DNA from: Promethearchaeota archaeon
Lineage (GTDB): Archaea > Asgardarchaeota > Lokiarchaeia > Sigyniarchaeales > SOKP01
DNA: 33,839 bases
Direction: 5' to 3'
Assembly: GCA_008080735.1 (NCBI GenBank)
Contig: SHMW01000046.1
Location: forward strand, 1 to 33,839
Under the pieces are notes generated by a model. The model had not been told where the DNA came from. It did no database searches and worked only from the letters and a program-made list of their open reading frames with translations. Below are positions 17,601 to 26,398 of the stretch, one piece after another. Position 1 is the first letter of the stretch. The number at the start of each line of letters is the position of its first letter. A program made the position numbers and the translations under genes.

Positions 17601-19161
17601 TTACACTTGCAAATCTGTACATTATACTTGTTCCAGCTAGCGTTTTTTCCCCCTTTAAAGATATTTCGATTTTTTCTAAATTTTTCAAACAATTTAGGAA
17701 AAGAGCTACATGTACCAATGATATTTCTCTCACTAGATAATCATTTAATTCTTTTTGAATTTCTTCTGAGGTCTTCTCCCCTTCCAATGCGTTTTTCCAA
17801 ATTCTCCACCAATTATCAAAAATTCCATGATATTTTAGTTTAGATGGGATAAACATTTTCAAAAGAATTCCAACAGCAAAAATCCGGTCAGTATTTCTGT
17901 CATACTCGACATCAAAATTGATGGAAATAGGAGAATATCTAGGAATTGAATAAGAATAAGTTTGGTGGTTTTTAGGGTAAATTATTCGTTTATTCTTTAT
18001 AGCTCGGGTTTTTAATTTCATAGTAGGTAATTCAGAATATAGAGGTTTGGGAATAGCCCCTACTTTGATTTGATTAATTTTTTTTAAAAGATCACCTATA
18101 TTCTGTATATTTAATTCATTTTTCAGTTGTTGAGCAATCGATTTTGATGTAAAGGGAATTAAATCTATGGCCCAATTTTCTGGGTGTTCTTTATCCTTCA
18201 TACCAAGTGTTTCTTTACAATCTTCTATGAACTGACAATAACCGCAGCCATCATGGATATTAGTTTTTACTTGCGAAATTTGGCAGGGCGCTTTTTTCCA
18301 TAATTCCCTTATAACTCCAACAACACTGCTATAAATTCTTTGCGATTCTTTCCAGCTAATAAAACTAACTAACCCATTATCAAATAAATCGTAAATAGAA
18401 TTTAGTAAATTATATTTATCTTTTTTCCTCAAGGGTAAAATGCCATTATAATTCGCTCTCACATAAAATGTTTTATCCAACCCTAATTCTTTTAGAAAAT
18501 ATGCCAAGGTTCTAAGATAATAAAAAATCTCTAAAAAATGTTTTTTTCCCACATTCTCTTCATTGGTATATTTAATATCAAAAACCGAAATTCCTATTCG
18601 TGCATTTTCCTTCTCTTTTGAAATTAGTTGAATGTTTCCACCAGCATTAATCTCATAAATTTTATCCATATATTTATTAAGTCCATTACCGAGAAATATA
18701 AGATCTGGTCTCTGAGAAGAATAATTCACAGGAACATCATTATTTTTTGCCTTTGGATAAAAAATTTCATAAAAAAATGATTTTGGAATTTTAAATTGGT
18801 GTTCTAATAATAAGCAGAGTGAAGGGGCATTTTCGCCTACAAATTTATCAGCTATTTCATTCAAAATTTTAACACTTAATTTTACTCTCCCGATTATTTC
18901 ATTTCCTGACTCATCTTTAGAAGATTTAAATTCAACATTTTCTAAGTTTTTCAGATATGAATACACAATCTGCTCATATTCCTTCCCCTTTTCTTTTAAG
19001 TATTTAGTTTGAAATATCAATCGCTCGGGAGGAGTAGATGGTATCGGTCTAACGGGATCAAACCATACATCTGGTGAATCTCTACCTAATTCTAAAAATA
19101 ATCTTCTCTTACAGTTGGTTAAAATATAACTCTGAAGTAAAGTCTTATTAAATTTACCCAT
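14674..19161 (-). CDS. DNA2/Upf1-like SF1B helicase fused to an N-terminal RecB/Cas4-like Fe-S PD-(D/E)XK nuclease and an RNase H-like middle domain (TM0106-like architecture)
   Basis: N-terminal CKRR, RPDLI, FDIKY and CGYCQFIEDC. Middle FDVEYD. Helicase motifs GPPGTGKS, DEASQ, GDHNQLPP, NYRSH, VAPHNAQ, SVEKFQGSDRD and NRFNVLTSRAK. Confidence 0.88.
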   Translation of the reverse strand: MGKFNKTLLQSYILTNCKRRLFLELGRDSPDVWFDPVRPIPSTPPERLIFQTKYLKEKGKEYEQIVYSYLKNLENVEFKSSKDESGNEIIGRVKLSVKILNEIADKFVGENAPSLCLLLEHQFKIPKSFFYEIFYPKAKNNDVPVNYSSQRPDLIFLGNGLNKYMDKIYEINAGGNIQLISKEKENARIGISVFDIKYTNEENVGKKHFLEIFYYLRTLAYFLKELGLDKTFYVRANYNGILPLRKKDKYNLLNSIYDLFDNGLVSFISWKESQRIYSSVVGVIRELWKKAPCQISQVKTNIHDGCGYCQFIEDCKETLGMKDKEHPENWAIDLIPFTSKSIAQQLKNELNIQNIGDLLKKINQIKVGAIPKPLYSELPTMKLKTRAIKNKRIIYPKNHQTYSYSIPRYSPISINFDVEYDRNTDRIFAVGILLKMFIPSKLKYHGIFDNWWRIWKNALEGEKTSEEIQKELNDYLVREISLVHVALFLNCLKNLEKIEISLKGEKTLAGTSIMYRFASVNKDITAESEAILTIKTILKLNWILQMCNIIEDYIVIDITGKYGTYYIGPDTGIFYWSRNQLEHLQDMIQRNLNKVISEPLVRGAYEEILMYFTPSDTEVSNPYQHKKLFDIQSFAESCLGFPDIINYTWHGIAKKLFKNLEINTKMYWIPHFNYLDLSSWLLYLREIDPNKKKKKMNIIKHQIIFKLHIIDSIRAQFQKEGNLAISENARTISRHDYKSAILPSEFHDIAHVWYLFSRLDTALQQQDDEYYRTMFPDFSIGKLFSARVSDLNIIDLQGKSLQYTFFLMGLSSNMKLKEGDRVLLIPNSKRGLKLDKRVYKWIIDIETIEWNSKIKGHYITTKPSTNNVFDACEEESIDFNAETWYIYHFSSDAWSNKLYNNNHSALLQRHNFGRSWLGERLAFLWDIRNKPKLKWPEHWNFSTPSIYLFAPKVLRYYDKALSNQTIYSQINPTPDISQKEAIINSLSKTISAILGPPGTGKSQTIAALIDEFIIRRTRKNKDSKILITSFSYTALRVIIDKIRKSKDHSGNPTPSSEVQKIFFHSRTQNPIPNERYLRNVDDLMKDGQTWKLNGKTRTVTETILLEESLEDNFIIFANAHQLYHLTSRVSENFCFDLICVDEASQLPADYFMSSLQFIKKPKISIKKPELMVPKQFIRTKNEVKNLMAQNSAITSDSLTKVIVVGDHNQLPPVRVKKPPKNLETILDNIFRYYVEGHNISKRQLKVNYRSHRDIVEFTSQLGLYENIIAYKKNANRILRGNLEKIKKSWVREVLEPQRVACAIIHQQRFEIGISLLEAQIVAEIIKGFYLMVNPKNETEEKRFWNEKVGVVAPHNAQGRTVIRNIFQLFEIITTLPKSQLMQHLKESVYSVEKFQGSDRDLIICSIGLSDEDKLQMEDEFIYNLNRFNVLTSRAKSKLIFVSSDKFVEYIPDEREILEESSKIYRFVKEYCKNEIMLNIESEEDEKFYKVRFRYK

Positions 19162-19374
19162 AAAATAGACCGAGATTTATAATGAGTATATATATTAATT
19201 TGAGTTTTAATAAATAAGAGACTTTACCAATTTTTTGTTAAAGAAAAAATAAATCTAAATCCAATTTATTCCAAGTAATAATTTGATTTTACTTTTTCAT
19301 GGATACGAAAATCGAAAATTGAAAATTAGAAAATATAAAAAATTATAAATTTAAATTATCGAATTTACTTTATT

Positions 19375-19812
19375 TCATTCTGGTTTTTTTAACTTAAATC
19401 TCCCAATTATGGTCAGTATCACTCCTAAAAATCCAAAACCTCCGTTCAGAGAAACCAGACTTAGCATCCAAGTTAATAATTCAGACGAGAGCGTTCCAGC
19501 ATAAATTCCAGTTATAAGATAAACAATCAGCCCTATTAAACCCATACCCGCACCCAAAGAGATAATGAATTTTCCAATTCCATATTGACCTATAGCTACA
19601 ATAATAGAGCCAATTATAACGCTAGCTCCACCCCCTAAGGCAATATAATTAAAGATTCTCAGAACCAAATTTAAAATAGGTGCTAAATCAGGATTCGCAT
19701 CTTCTAATATTGAAAAGACCATCGCAAAAAAGGTCACATCCCCAACAACAGATCCAATAATCATCAAAATGCCGCCTATTAAACACAATAAAATCCATTT
19801 TTTATTTTCCAT
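19375..19812 (-). CDS. Small integral membrane protein (~4 TM, Gly-rich helices)
   Basis: Four hydrophobic Gly-rich segments. Start is ATG 19812 or GTG 19821. Confidence 0.75.
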   Translation of the reverse strand: MENKKWILLCLIGGILMIIGSVVGDVTFFAMVFSILEDANPDLAPILNLVLRIFNYIALGGGASVIIGSIIVAIGQYGIGKFIISLGAGMGLIGLIVYLITGIYAGTLSSELLTWMLSLVSLNGGFGFLGVILTIIGRFKLKKPE

Positions 19813-19900
19813 TCTTATCACGTTCTAGAAATAATTTTGAAAAAAAGAATTGAATAATTACTAAAATATATTTGGGTTATTTTTTAGCAATGGGAATTTA

Positions 19901-20707
19901 TTAAACAATCCTGAAAGGATGAGTATAAATATTCATTCTATTTTTTCGGACAAATCCTATTAATGTGGTTCCATAAACATCAGCTAATCTGATCCCCGAA
20001 TCAATGGCCGTGGAAACTGATGCAACTATAGGAATCTCAGCCCGAACTGCTTTTAATACTGTATCTCCTGTCAAACGTCCGGTAGAGCAGAGTATGACGT
20101 TCTTTAAGGGATGTTTTTTAGCAATTAGATCGCCTATCGCTTTATCGATCGCATTATGTCGTCCAATATCCTCCATTAGTGTTAACAATTTTCCATTTTT
20201 AGCATATATAGCACATCCATGACATCCACCCGTTTGTCTGAATAGAGTTGTTTCCGATTGCATCTTAGCGATAAAATTTGAGAGGGTATCTGCGCCAATT
20301 TTTAATCGATTCTGTAGTATAGGAGCAATTCTATTAGAATCCAGATGTTTTTCAATCATTCTTCTCCAAGGAGGTGAGATTCCACTTGTTGTATCCACTA
20401 CTCGCCCTAATGGATTTAATGCGAATGCTTCTTGAGGAATGCGGTTTTTCTCTTTTAAGATTATATTGATTTCAGAATTGTTTTCATTTATTTCTAATTC
20501 CTTAACATCGTCTATAGTTTTAATAATCTCGGTAAAATAAAGAAACCCTATAGCTAATTCTTTTACATTTTTAGGTAAACAGATAATCGTCGCGAATGGT
20601 TTTGAGTTAATGGTAATTTCGATGGGTACTTCAATTAAAACTATATCATCGATAATTTTTCTATCATTGCCCGTTATTTGAGTTATTTTTATTTTTCTTT
20701 TAAAAAT
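19901..20707 (-). CDS. fdhD: FdhD/NarQ-family formate dehydrogenase accessory sulfurtransferase (probable ATT start)
   Basis: C-terminal motifs QTGGCH, EDIGRHNAIDKAIG, STGRL and GFVR. The frame stays open upstream of the annotated GTG and encodes the conserved N-terminal half (EVPIEITIN..TIICLP..KELAIGFL). The best start is ATT 20707 (or 20713), after GGAGGCGAT. Confidence 0.88.
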   Translation of the reverse strand: MFKRKIKITQITGNDRKIIDDIVLIEVPIEITINSKPFATIICLPKNVKELAIGFLYFTEIIKTIDDVKELEINENNSEINIILKEKNRIPQEAFALNPLGRVVDTTSGISPPWRRMIEKHLDSNRIAPILQNRLKIGADTLSNFIAKMQSETTLFRQTGGCHGCAIYAKNGKLLTLMEDIGRHNAIDKAIGDLIAKKHPLKNVILCSTGRLTGDTVLKAVRAEIPIVASVSTAIDSGIRLADVYGTTLIGFVRKNRMNIYTHPFRIV

Positions 20708-20877
20708 TGAAATCGCCTCCTTCTAAGCTATTTTTATAAATCTATAGAAATAGCAATTTTAGTCTAAAAAAATTTACTATTTAACAGAATCAAGTTTTAT
20801 CTTAGTTATACTATTCTTAAGCGGTCATATAAAAAATGACAAATTTTATGGCTTAATAAAAATTCAAAAGGTTAGTT

Positions 20878-22320
20878 ATGTTGAAAAAGGAAAAGCTAGA
20901 AGATGGTGAACACACTAATTTTACTTCAATTGTAAAAAAATCGTGGCCTTGCCTTGCCTCCTACCTTACGATGGCCTTTACACTTGCATTTTTATATATA
21001 AATGTTTTAATCATATCTAACATAATATGGCCAGGAGAGGATTTTCGTTCTACTGAAATCGGATTATTATTTGGAATTTCGACATATATAATGGCTTTTT
21101 CCGGACTGTTATTTGGAAACTTAGCCGATAGAATTTCAAGAATCAAATTGTTTTCAATCTGTACTTTTCTATTTGGATTAGGATTTATCATTAATGGATT
21201 TGCTCCCGAAGGCTTGGGGCTTATCACTTATTCGTTCTTTATCTTTTGTGTTTTTATAAGGGGTTTTTTTAGTGGAGGTTTTTGGCCGTTAATAAACTCA
21301 TATATAACTGATAGCTCCCTGGAAGATGAACGTTCGCACTTCTTTGGGATTTTAAATACATTATTTCAACTATTTCAATTAGCGGGGATGATTTTAGCTG
21401 CATTTATGTTCCAATCTGGACTCTGGAGATATTATTTCTGGATGATTGGCTCAGCTATTTGTGTAGTAGGTATTTTTATTTTAAGAGGGGAAGAACCAAA
21501 ACGTGCTTCTAAAAGAGAAGAACTAAAAGAGATTATGCATGATACAAATATTTATTATGAATATCGATTAAATATAGAGAGTATTAAAGGAACCATCTTT
21601 AAGCCAACAAATTTAATCGCTTTTGGCGAAGGAATTTTTACCACTATTTTACTTTCAGTCCCAGATTTCCTTCTGGTCGCTTATATTCAATCATCTCCCT
21701 ATAATTTTTCACCCATTACCTCAAGTTTGTTTATGATAGTGTTTGGAGTTCCAGGAACGATTATCGGTTCAATAGTTTTTGCCAAACTTTCTGATAAATT
21801 ATCTAAAAGAGATATCAAAAATCGTATTTATCTCATTGTCTTCTCTCTAATAGGAATATTTACGACTTTTATGATCGTTTTCTTACTCCCGCTCCAGCAT
21901 TTTACTGTAAGTCAAGGAAATAATTTGATTATTGTGTTGTCGTTTCCTATTATGTGGATTTTAGGACTTGTAGCTTTAGCAGCACGCTCGATTTTAGGTC
22001 TCTATAGTATAAATCAACCACCCTTAATTCAGAAGATCAATTTACCGGAAGCACAAGGTTTTATTAGTTCTACAAACCAATTTCTTGAGAGCATTGGATA
22101 TGGTACGGGTCCAATCTTAGCAGGATTTTTACTTGAAATTTTTAGCCAAAACTATCAGATTACAGTAACTCTTACAATGAGTATTGGAATCGTTGGCGCC
22201 TTTTTATGGTTGATCGCGACGAAATGGATTGATCGGGATGCAGCGCGAATCTCTAGAATATTATCTGAGCGAAAGGATGAGTTGAATAGCAAAAGTAAAG
22301 GGATGAAAAGTCCTAAATAA
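20878..22320 (+). CDS. MFS transporter
   Basis: About 12 TM segments. Motif A GNLADRISR and a second AKLSDKL. Confidence 0.9.
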   Translation: MLKKEKLEDGEHTNFTSIVKKSWPCLASYLTMAFTLAFLYINVLIISNIIWPGEDFRSTEIGLLFGISTYIMAFSGLLFGNLADRISRIKLFSICTFLFGLGFIINGFAPEGLGLITYSFFIFCVFIRGFFSGGFWPLINSYITDSSLEDERSHFFGILNTLFQLFQLAGMILAAFMFQSGLWRYYFWMIGSAICVVGIFILRGEEPKRASKREELKEIMHDTNIYYEYRLNIESIKGTIFKPTNLIAFGEGIFTTILLSVPDFLLVAYIQSSPYNFSPITSSLFMIVFGVPGTIIGSIVFAKLSDKLSKRDIKNRIYLIVFSLIGIFTTFMIVFLLPLQHFTVSQGNNLIIVLSFPIMWILGLVALAARSILGLYSINQPPLIQKINLPEAQGFISSTNQFLESIGYGTGPILAGFLLEIFSQNYQITVTLTMSIGIVGAFLWLIATKWIDRDAARISRILSERKDELNSKSKGMKSPK

Positions 22321-22382
22321 ATTATACAACCAATTTTTATATATGCCTCTCTGTTATAAATCAATAAATCGGTGAAAATAAT

Positions 22383-23072
22383 ATGTCTGAAGAAAAAACA
22401 AGTGAAGAAAAAAAGTCGGAACTAACACCAGAAGAACAGGTTATTATACGCTCCTATTCAAAAGTTATATTCTTTTATCCGCTATTCATAACTTCTTTAG
22501 TTCTTGGCGTTATTCAGTTATTCTACGATGAAACATTAGCGACCCTCGGATTTATATGGATGATTGTATTCTTTATCAATCTATTTGTGACTGCGTTTAA
22601 CATATCCAGCACTAAATTCTTTGTTTTAGTTCTTTCGATTATCATTGTTGTATTGCTCTTGGTGTTTTTCGTACTTCCCAATGTCGCTTTTACAGTATTC
22701 ATTCCACCTGGGGAATTTAACATAGAAATGACTATGCAATTCTATTTTATCAGCGCTGCTATTTTAGGATTTATGCTCTTACTCGCTTTTCTGGAAACAA
22801 GGATAAATTTTTGGAAACTGGAACGAAATGAACTCTATCACGAACAAGGGATTTTTGCGGAAGCTGATCGATATCCCGTACGCGATTTAAGGTTCAAAAA
22901 AGAGATTCCCGACGTGTTTGAATATCTTATATTAAGAGCTGGGAGTATAACCCTTCAAACTGGGGAAGAAACTTTCCATCTGGATACGGTGCCAAATGTT
23001 ACAGATAAGGAAGATAAAATTGACCGCCTTCTAAGTCATTTAAGCGTTGAAGTTGACGAAATTGATAAATAA
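22383..23072 (+). CDS. Membrane protein with a C-terminal bacterial PH-like (bPH_2) domain
   Basis: Four TM segments, then 'ELYHEQGIF...RAGSITL...LDTVPN' resembling bPH_2. GGTGA RBS. Confidence 0.6.
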   Translation: MSEEKTSEEKKSELTPEEQVIIRSYSKVIFFYPLFITSLVLGVIQLFYDETLATLGFIWMIVFFINLFVTAFNISSTKFFVLVLSIIIVVLLLVFFVLPNVAFTVFIPPGEFNIEMTMQFYFISAAILGFMLLLAFLETRINFWKLERNELYHEQGIFAEADRYPVRDLRFKKEIPDVFEYLILRAGSITLQTGEETFHLDTVPNVTDKEDKIDRLLSHLSVEVDEIDK

Positions 23073-23137
23073 AGTATTCAAATTTTTTATAGCTTTTTTT
23101 TCATATTAGAATAAAAAATAAAAGTGAGATTTTATAC
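23073..23137. terminator. Probable bidirectional oligo-T terminator region between convergent genes
   Basis: T6 and T8 tracts on the + strand and A-tracts (T-tracts on -) in a 65-bp gap between convergent stops. Confidence 0.45.
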
Positions 23138-23851
23138 TCATTCACCCCAACAGAACATATTATATGTTGGTTTTTCGCTTAATTGTCCATCTTTAATCCA
23201 TATATTTGTACCCAATGGATGTTCTGCCACTGCTTGAGCGATTCTTGGATCATGAGTGACGATTACAACGGTTTTTTCGTTTTCCGCAAGCTTAAGTAAG
23301 AGTTCGACAATTGATTTTCCTGTTTCTGAATCTAAATTACCAGTCGGTTCATCAGCTAGAATTACTTTCGGATCATTAATTAAAGCACGGGCAATAGCAA
23401 TTCTCTGAGATTCTCCACCTGATAATTTCCCCACCTTGCTTTCTCCCCGATTTCCTAAACCCACTAAATCAAGCAATTCTTGAGCCCTTTTTCTATTACC
23501 AGATTTTATCCCATATGGGATTAGAGGGATCAGTATATTATCCATCACGTTTAGATTCGGTAAAAGGTAAAAGGTTTGGAATACGAATCCTACTGTTTCC
23601 TTTCGATAAGAAGACAACTTCCTTTCTGGAAGAGAACCTATATCCCTCCCCCCAACTATAATTTTACCAGAGGTTGGACTGTCCATTGCACCTAAGAGAT
23701 TGAGTAAAGTGCTTTTTCCACTTCCAGAAGGACCCATAATGGTAATAATCTTTCCCTTCTCAATTTCAAGGTTCACATTATCAAGGGCTCTAATTTCCGT
23801 TCTCTCTTCACCATAAATTTTGCTTACGTTTTTCAAACTGATTAATGACAT
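23138..23851 (-). CDS. ABC transporter ATP-binding protein (LolD/MacB/FtsE type)
   Basis: GPSGSGKST, GFVFQ, LSGGESQR, ADEPTGNLD, VTHD. Confidence 0.93.
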   Translation of the reverse strand: MSLISLKNVSKIYGEERTEIRALDNVNLEIEKGKIITIMGPSGSGKSTLLNLLGAMDSPTSGKIIVGGRDIGSLPERKLSSYRKETVGFVFQTFYLLPNLNVMDNILIPLIPYGIKSGNRKRAQELLDLVGLGNRGESKVGKLSGGESQRIAIARALINDPKVILADEPTGNLDSETGKSIVELLLKLAENEKTVVIVTHDPRIAQAVAEHPLGTNIWIKDGQLSEKPTYNMFCWGE

Positions 23852-23867
23852 TTATTTTATCATCTCC

Positions 23868-25103
23868 CTATTCTCCTTTTAATACTCTTACTGGACGTAC
23901 TCTTGCCGCTTTCAATCCAGGATAGAGACCACCCAAAATCCCAAGACCCAAAGCGTATAGTAAGACTTCTATTATACCCTCGTAAGTAATAATCGCAGAA
24001 ATACCTCCAAATGGGCTAGCCCCGCTACTTAAAAAATATATAAAAAAACTCCCAATTCCCATCCCGATTAAAGCTCCAACAATACCTAAAGTCAACGATT
24101 CGAAAATCACGTTTTCAAATATATGACGGTTTTTCCACCCCGTGGCCTTTAAAATTGCGAATTCCTTCATTCTGGAACTTACCGAAAGTAGCTGAGTTAC
24201 TATTATTGCCATTCCCCCAGCAAGAACGGTGATTAAACCAATTACACCCGCAAAGCTGTCGAATATTTCAAAAGTTTCTTGAAATGACTGGAAAAACGCA
24301 GCTTCTGAAAAAGCTTCGACCTGGACGTCCGTGTATCCATCATTGTCAGAATAATCATTGATTTTATCCACAAATGAGTTTGTTTCTTCAATAGATGTTA
24401 CATCAAATCGCAATATAATTGAAGTATAGTAAACACTTTGTGTTTGTCCCGATAGATTTAATAAATTCCAGAGTGTTTCCATATCTGTATAAATATAATA
24501 CTGTCTTGGTACAAACGATGGTGCCCCTAAGTCTTCTTGATTATAAATCCCGGTAATCTCTAAACTGACATTAATTCCCCCTCCAAGGTCTATTTCTAAT
24601 TTATCTCCAATGGAAGTATTAAATGTTGCCGCAGAGGGTAATCTGGAATCGATTATAGTTTCATTTGCCTCAATATTGAATAATCTTCCACTTGTAATTT
24701 TGGTGGATACACCCTCCCACTCTCCATCAATAGATTTATTAATCCCTACTAGAGTCAAGGAATCACCCGTGTTAGGTAATTGGGAATTATATCCATCAGT
24801 AAAACCACTTGGCGCTGCCGTTTCTACATTATAAGAAATAATTGAGGAACCAACATCTGGTGTTTCAAAAATTTCATCAACCGTACCTATAGGTAATCTA
24901 CTTAAGGATTCTAGTTGGGCTCCTTCTTCTTGTATTTCTATAATTCCTATGGATCTCGTCAAATTATCTTGAAATGTGGCATTAACTCCTGCGGTGAAAG
25001 CTCCAATGACAAATACAAGCATTAAACCAAATCCTACTCCAACGCTCGCCAAAATCGCGATTAGTTTCTTTCTGAACGCGTTTTTAATACTGAATTTAAG
25101 CAT
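23868..25103 (-). CDS. ABC transporter permease (MacB/FtsX type)
   Basis: N-terminal TM, large extracytoplasmic domain, RMKEFAILKATGW, three C-terminal TMs ending YPGLKAAR.P. Confidence 0.9.
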   Translation of the reverse strand: MLKFSIKNAFRKKLIAILASVGVGFGLMLVFVIGAFTAGVNATFQDNLTRSIGIIEIQEEGAQLESLSRLPIGTVDEIFETPDVGSSIISYNVETAAPSGFTDGYNSQLPNTGDSLTLVGINKSIDGEWEGVSTKITSGRLFNIEANETIIDSRLPSAATFNTSIGDKLEIDLGGGINVSLEITGIYNQEDLGAPSFVPRQYYIYTDMETLWNLLNLSGQTQSVYYTSIILRFDVTSIEETNSFVDKINDYSDNDGYTDVQVEAFSEAAFFQSFQETFEIFDSFAGVIGLITVLAGGMAIIVTQLLSVSSRMKEFAILKATGWKNRHIFENVIFESLTLGIVGALIGMGIGSFFIYFLSSGASPFGGISAIITYEGIIEVLLYALGLGILGGLYPGLKAARVRPVRVLKGE

Positions 25104-25253
25104 TTACATCATTTTAATTGAATTTTGACAAATCTATTATTTAAATTTCAATTTTTCTTTGAGATTTCTAAAAATCAGATTTCTATATTTTTAAAAGAAG
25201 AAAATTTAATATTCATTCACATTATAAAACAAAAAAAAATCACAATAAAGTAA

Positions 25254-25556
25254 CGAGCACTGGTTCTTTCTATAAACATCTGCATAGACATAGGTGCTCA
25301 TATACTAACCGCAAACAATATCAACAAACCTGAAACCTACAAAGAAATTTTTGCAGATTTATCGAAAAATAATGTTATTAGCAAAAACTTATCAGAATCT
25401 CTAACTGAATTTGTAGGATTAAGAAATCTTCTAGGACATGTCTGTTTGGAAATTAATAACGAGAGAATTTATGAAATAATTCAGAATGAACTGGATATGT
25501 TTCGAAATTTTCAAAACCAAGTCCTGAAAAAGTTTAAAAATCAATTGAGAAATTAG
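25254..25556 (+). pseudogene. HEPN/DUF86 (HepT-like) RNase toxin remnant
   Basis: Manual translation: *RALVLSINICIDIGAHIL..KPETYKEIFADL..VISKNLSESLTEFVGLRNLLGHVCLEINNERIYEIIQNEL..*. It has the Rx4H motif, an in-frame TAA at 25251, no N-terminus and no adjacent MNT gene. Confidence 0.8.
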
Positions 25557-25583
25557 AATAAAGAAAATAATAAAATTATAAAA

Positions 25584-26393
25584 TTAGGCAGCTATATATA
25601 ACCGTCCGTTAGTTTCTTTTTTTACGGAATGGTCTCCACTGTATTCAATAAATTTACCCTTGATTTTTTCTCCGTTGGGTAATTCTACCTCGCTAACTTC
25701 TCCAACTTTTTTATAGGAAGGAAGTTTTCGAGACACACTACCTTTAATCACGATTGTCCCCCAAGCTTGGTCTGCTCCAGCGCATCTATCTACATCACCA
25801 TCAACCACAATAGTACCTCCATGATTGTGGATTCCTAAGAATGCGCCTGCTCCGCCACAATACAGTGTGGGCCATTTATTTGCCCCTTTAGAATTTCTTG
25901 CCCAGAGCATTGCTTCATTACCAATTTTACCGCTGACTTTAATAACACCATCTTTCATACCTTTCCAGAAACCTCTATATGCGGCTCCGACGTAATTACC
26001 AGCATTTCCATTAATTAATAATTCTCCTCCCTCAAGCATAGCTCCAGCCCAATCGTCAGTATTTCCATTCACAGTAATCTTTCCTCCTGTCATGCGGTTT
26101 CCGACATGCATTCCAACATCTCCGTTTATTACAATCTCTCCAGCACTCATTTTTTCACCAATACGCTTAACATTGGACAAATCACCATCAATAACAATCT
26201 TTAAATCTTTGGTTTCGCCGCTTTTTCCTTTAATCTCGAAGTAGTCTCCTAATTTAACAGTTTTATTCCCAAGGTATAAGTCTAAGTCTTTGATCTCGGT
26301 TTGTGTCTTCCCCGCTAATATATCAGGAGAAATCAGGTCTGCTTCAAGGGGAAATTCGGGTTGTTTTTTAAGTGTAAGATTAATTTCGGCCAT
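25584..26393 (-). CDS. fwdC: Formylmethanofuran dehydrogenase subunit C
   Basis: PLEADLISPD, KRIGEKMSAGEI, GAAYRG and GXGXG beta-helix repeats. Confidence 0.93.
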   Translation of the reverse strand: MAEINLTLKKQPEFPLEADLISPDILAGKTQTEIKDLDLYLGNKTVKLGDYFEIKGKSGETKDLKIVIDGDLSNVKRIGEKMSAGEIVINGDVGMHVGNRMTGGKITVNGNTDDWAGAMLEGGELLINGNAGNYVGAAYRGFWKGMKDGVIKVSGKIGNEAMLWARNSKGANKWPTLYCGGAGAFLGIHNHGGTIVVDGDVDRCAGADQAWGTIVIKGSVSRKLPSYKKVGEVSEVELPNGEKIKGKFIEYSGDHSVKKETNGRLYIAA

Positions 26394-26398
26394 TTGTT

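Noticed and set aside
18200-19161. Cas4/CRISPR association of the Fe-S nuclease domain; HD protein as Cas3''
   Set aside because: No repeat-spacer array or other cas genes are in the window. The motifs are shared with Dna2/AddB and YhaM-like families.
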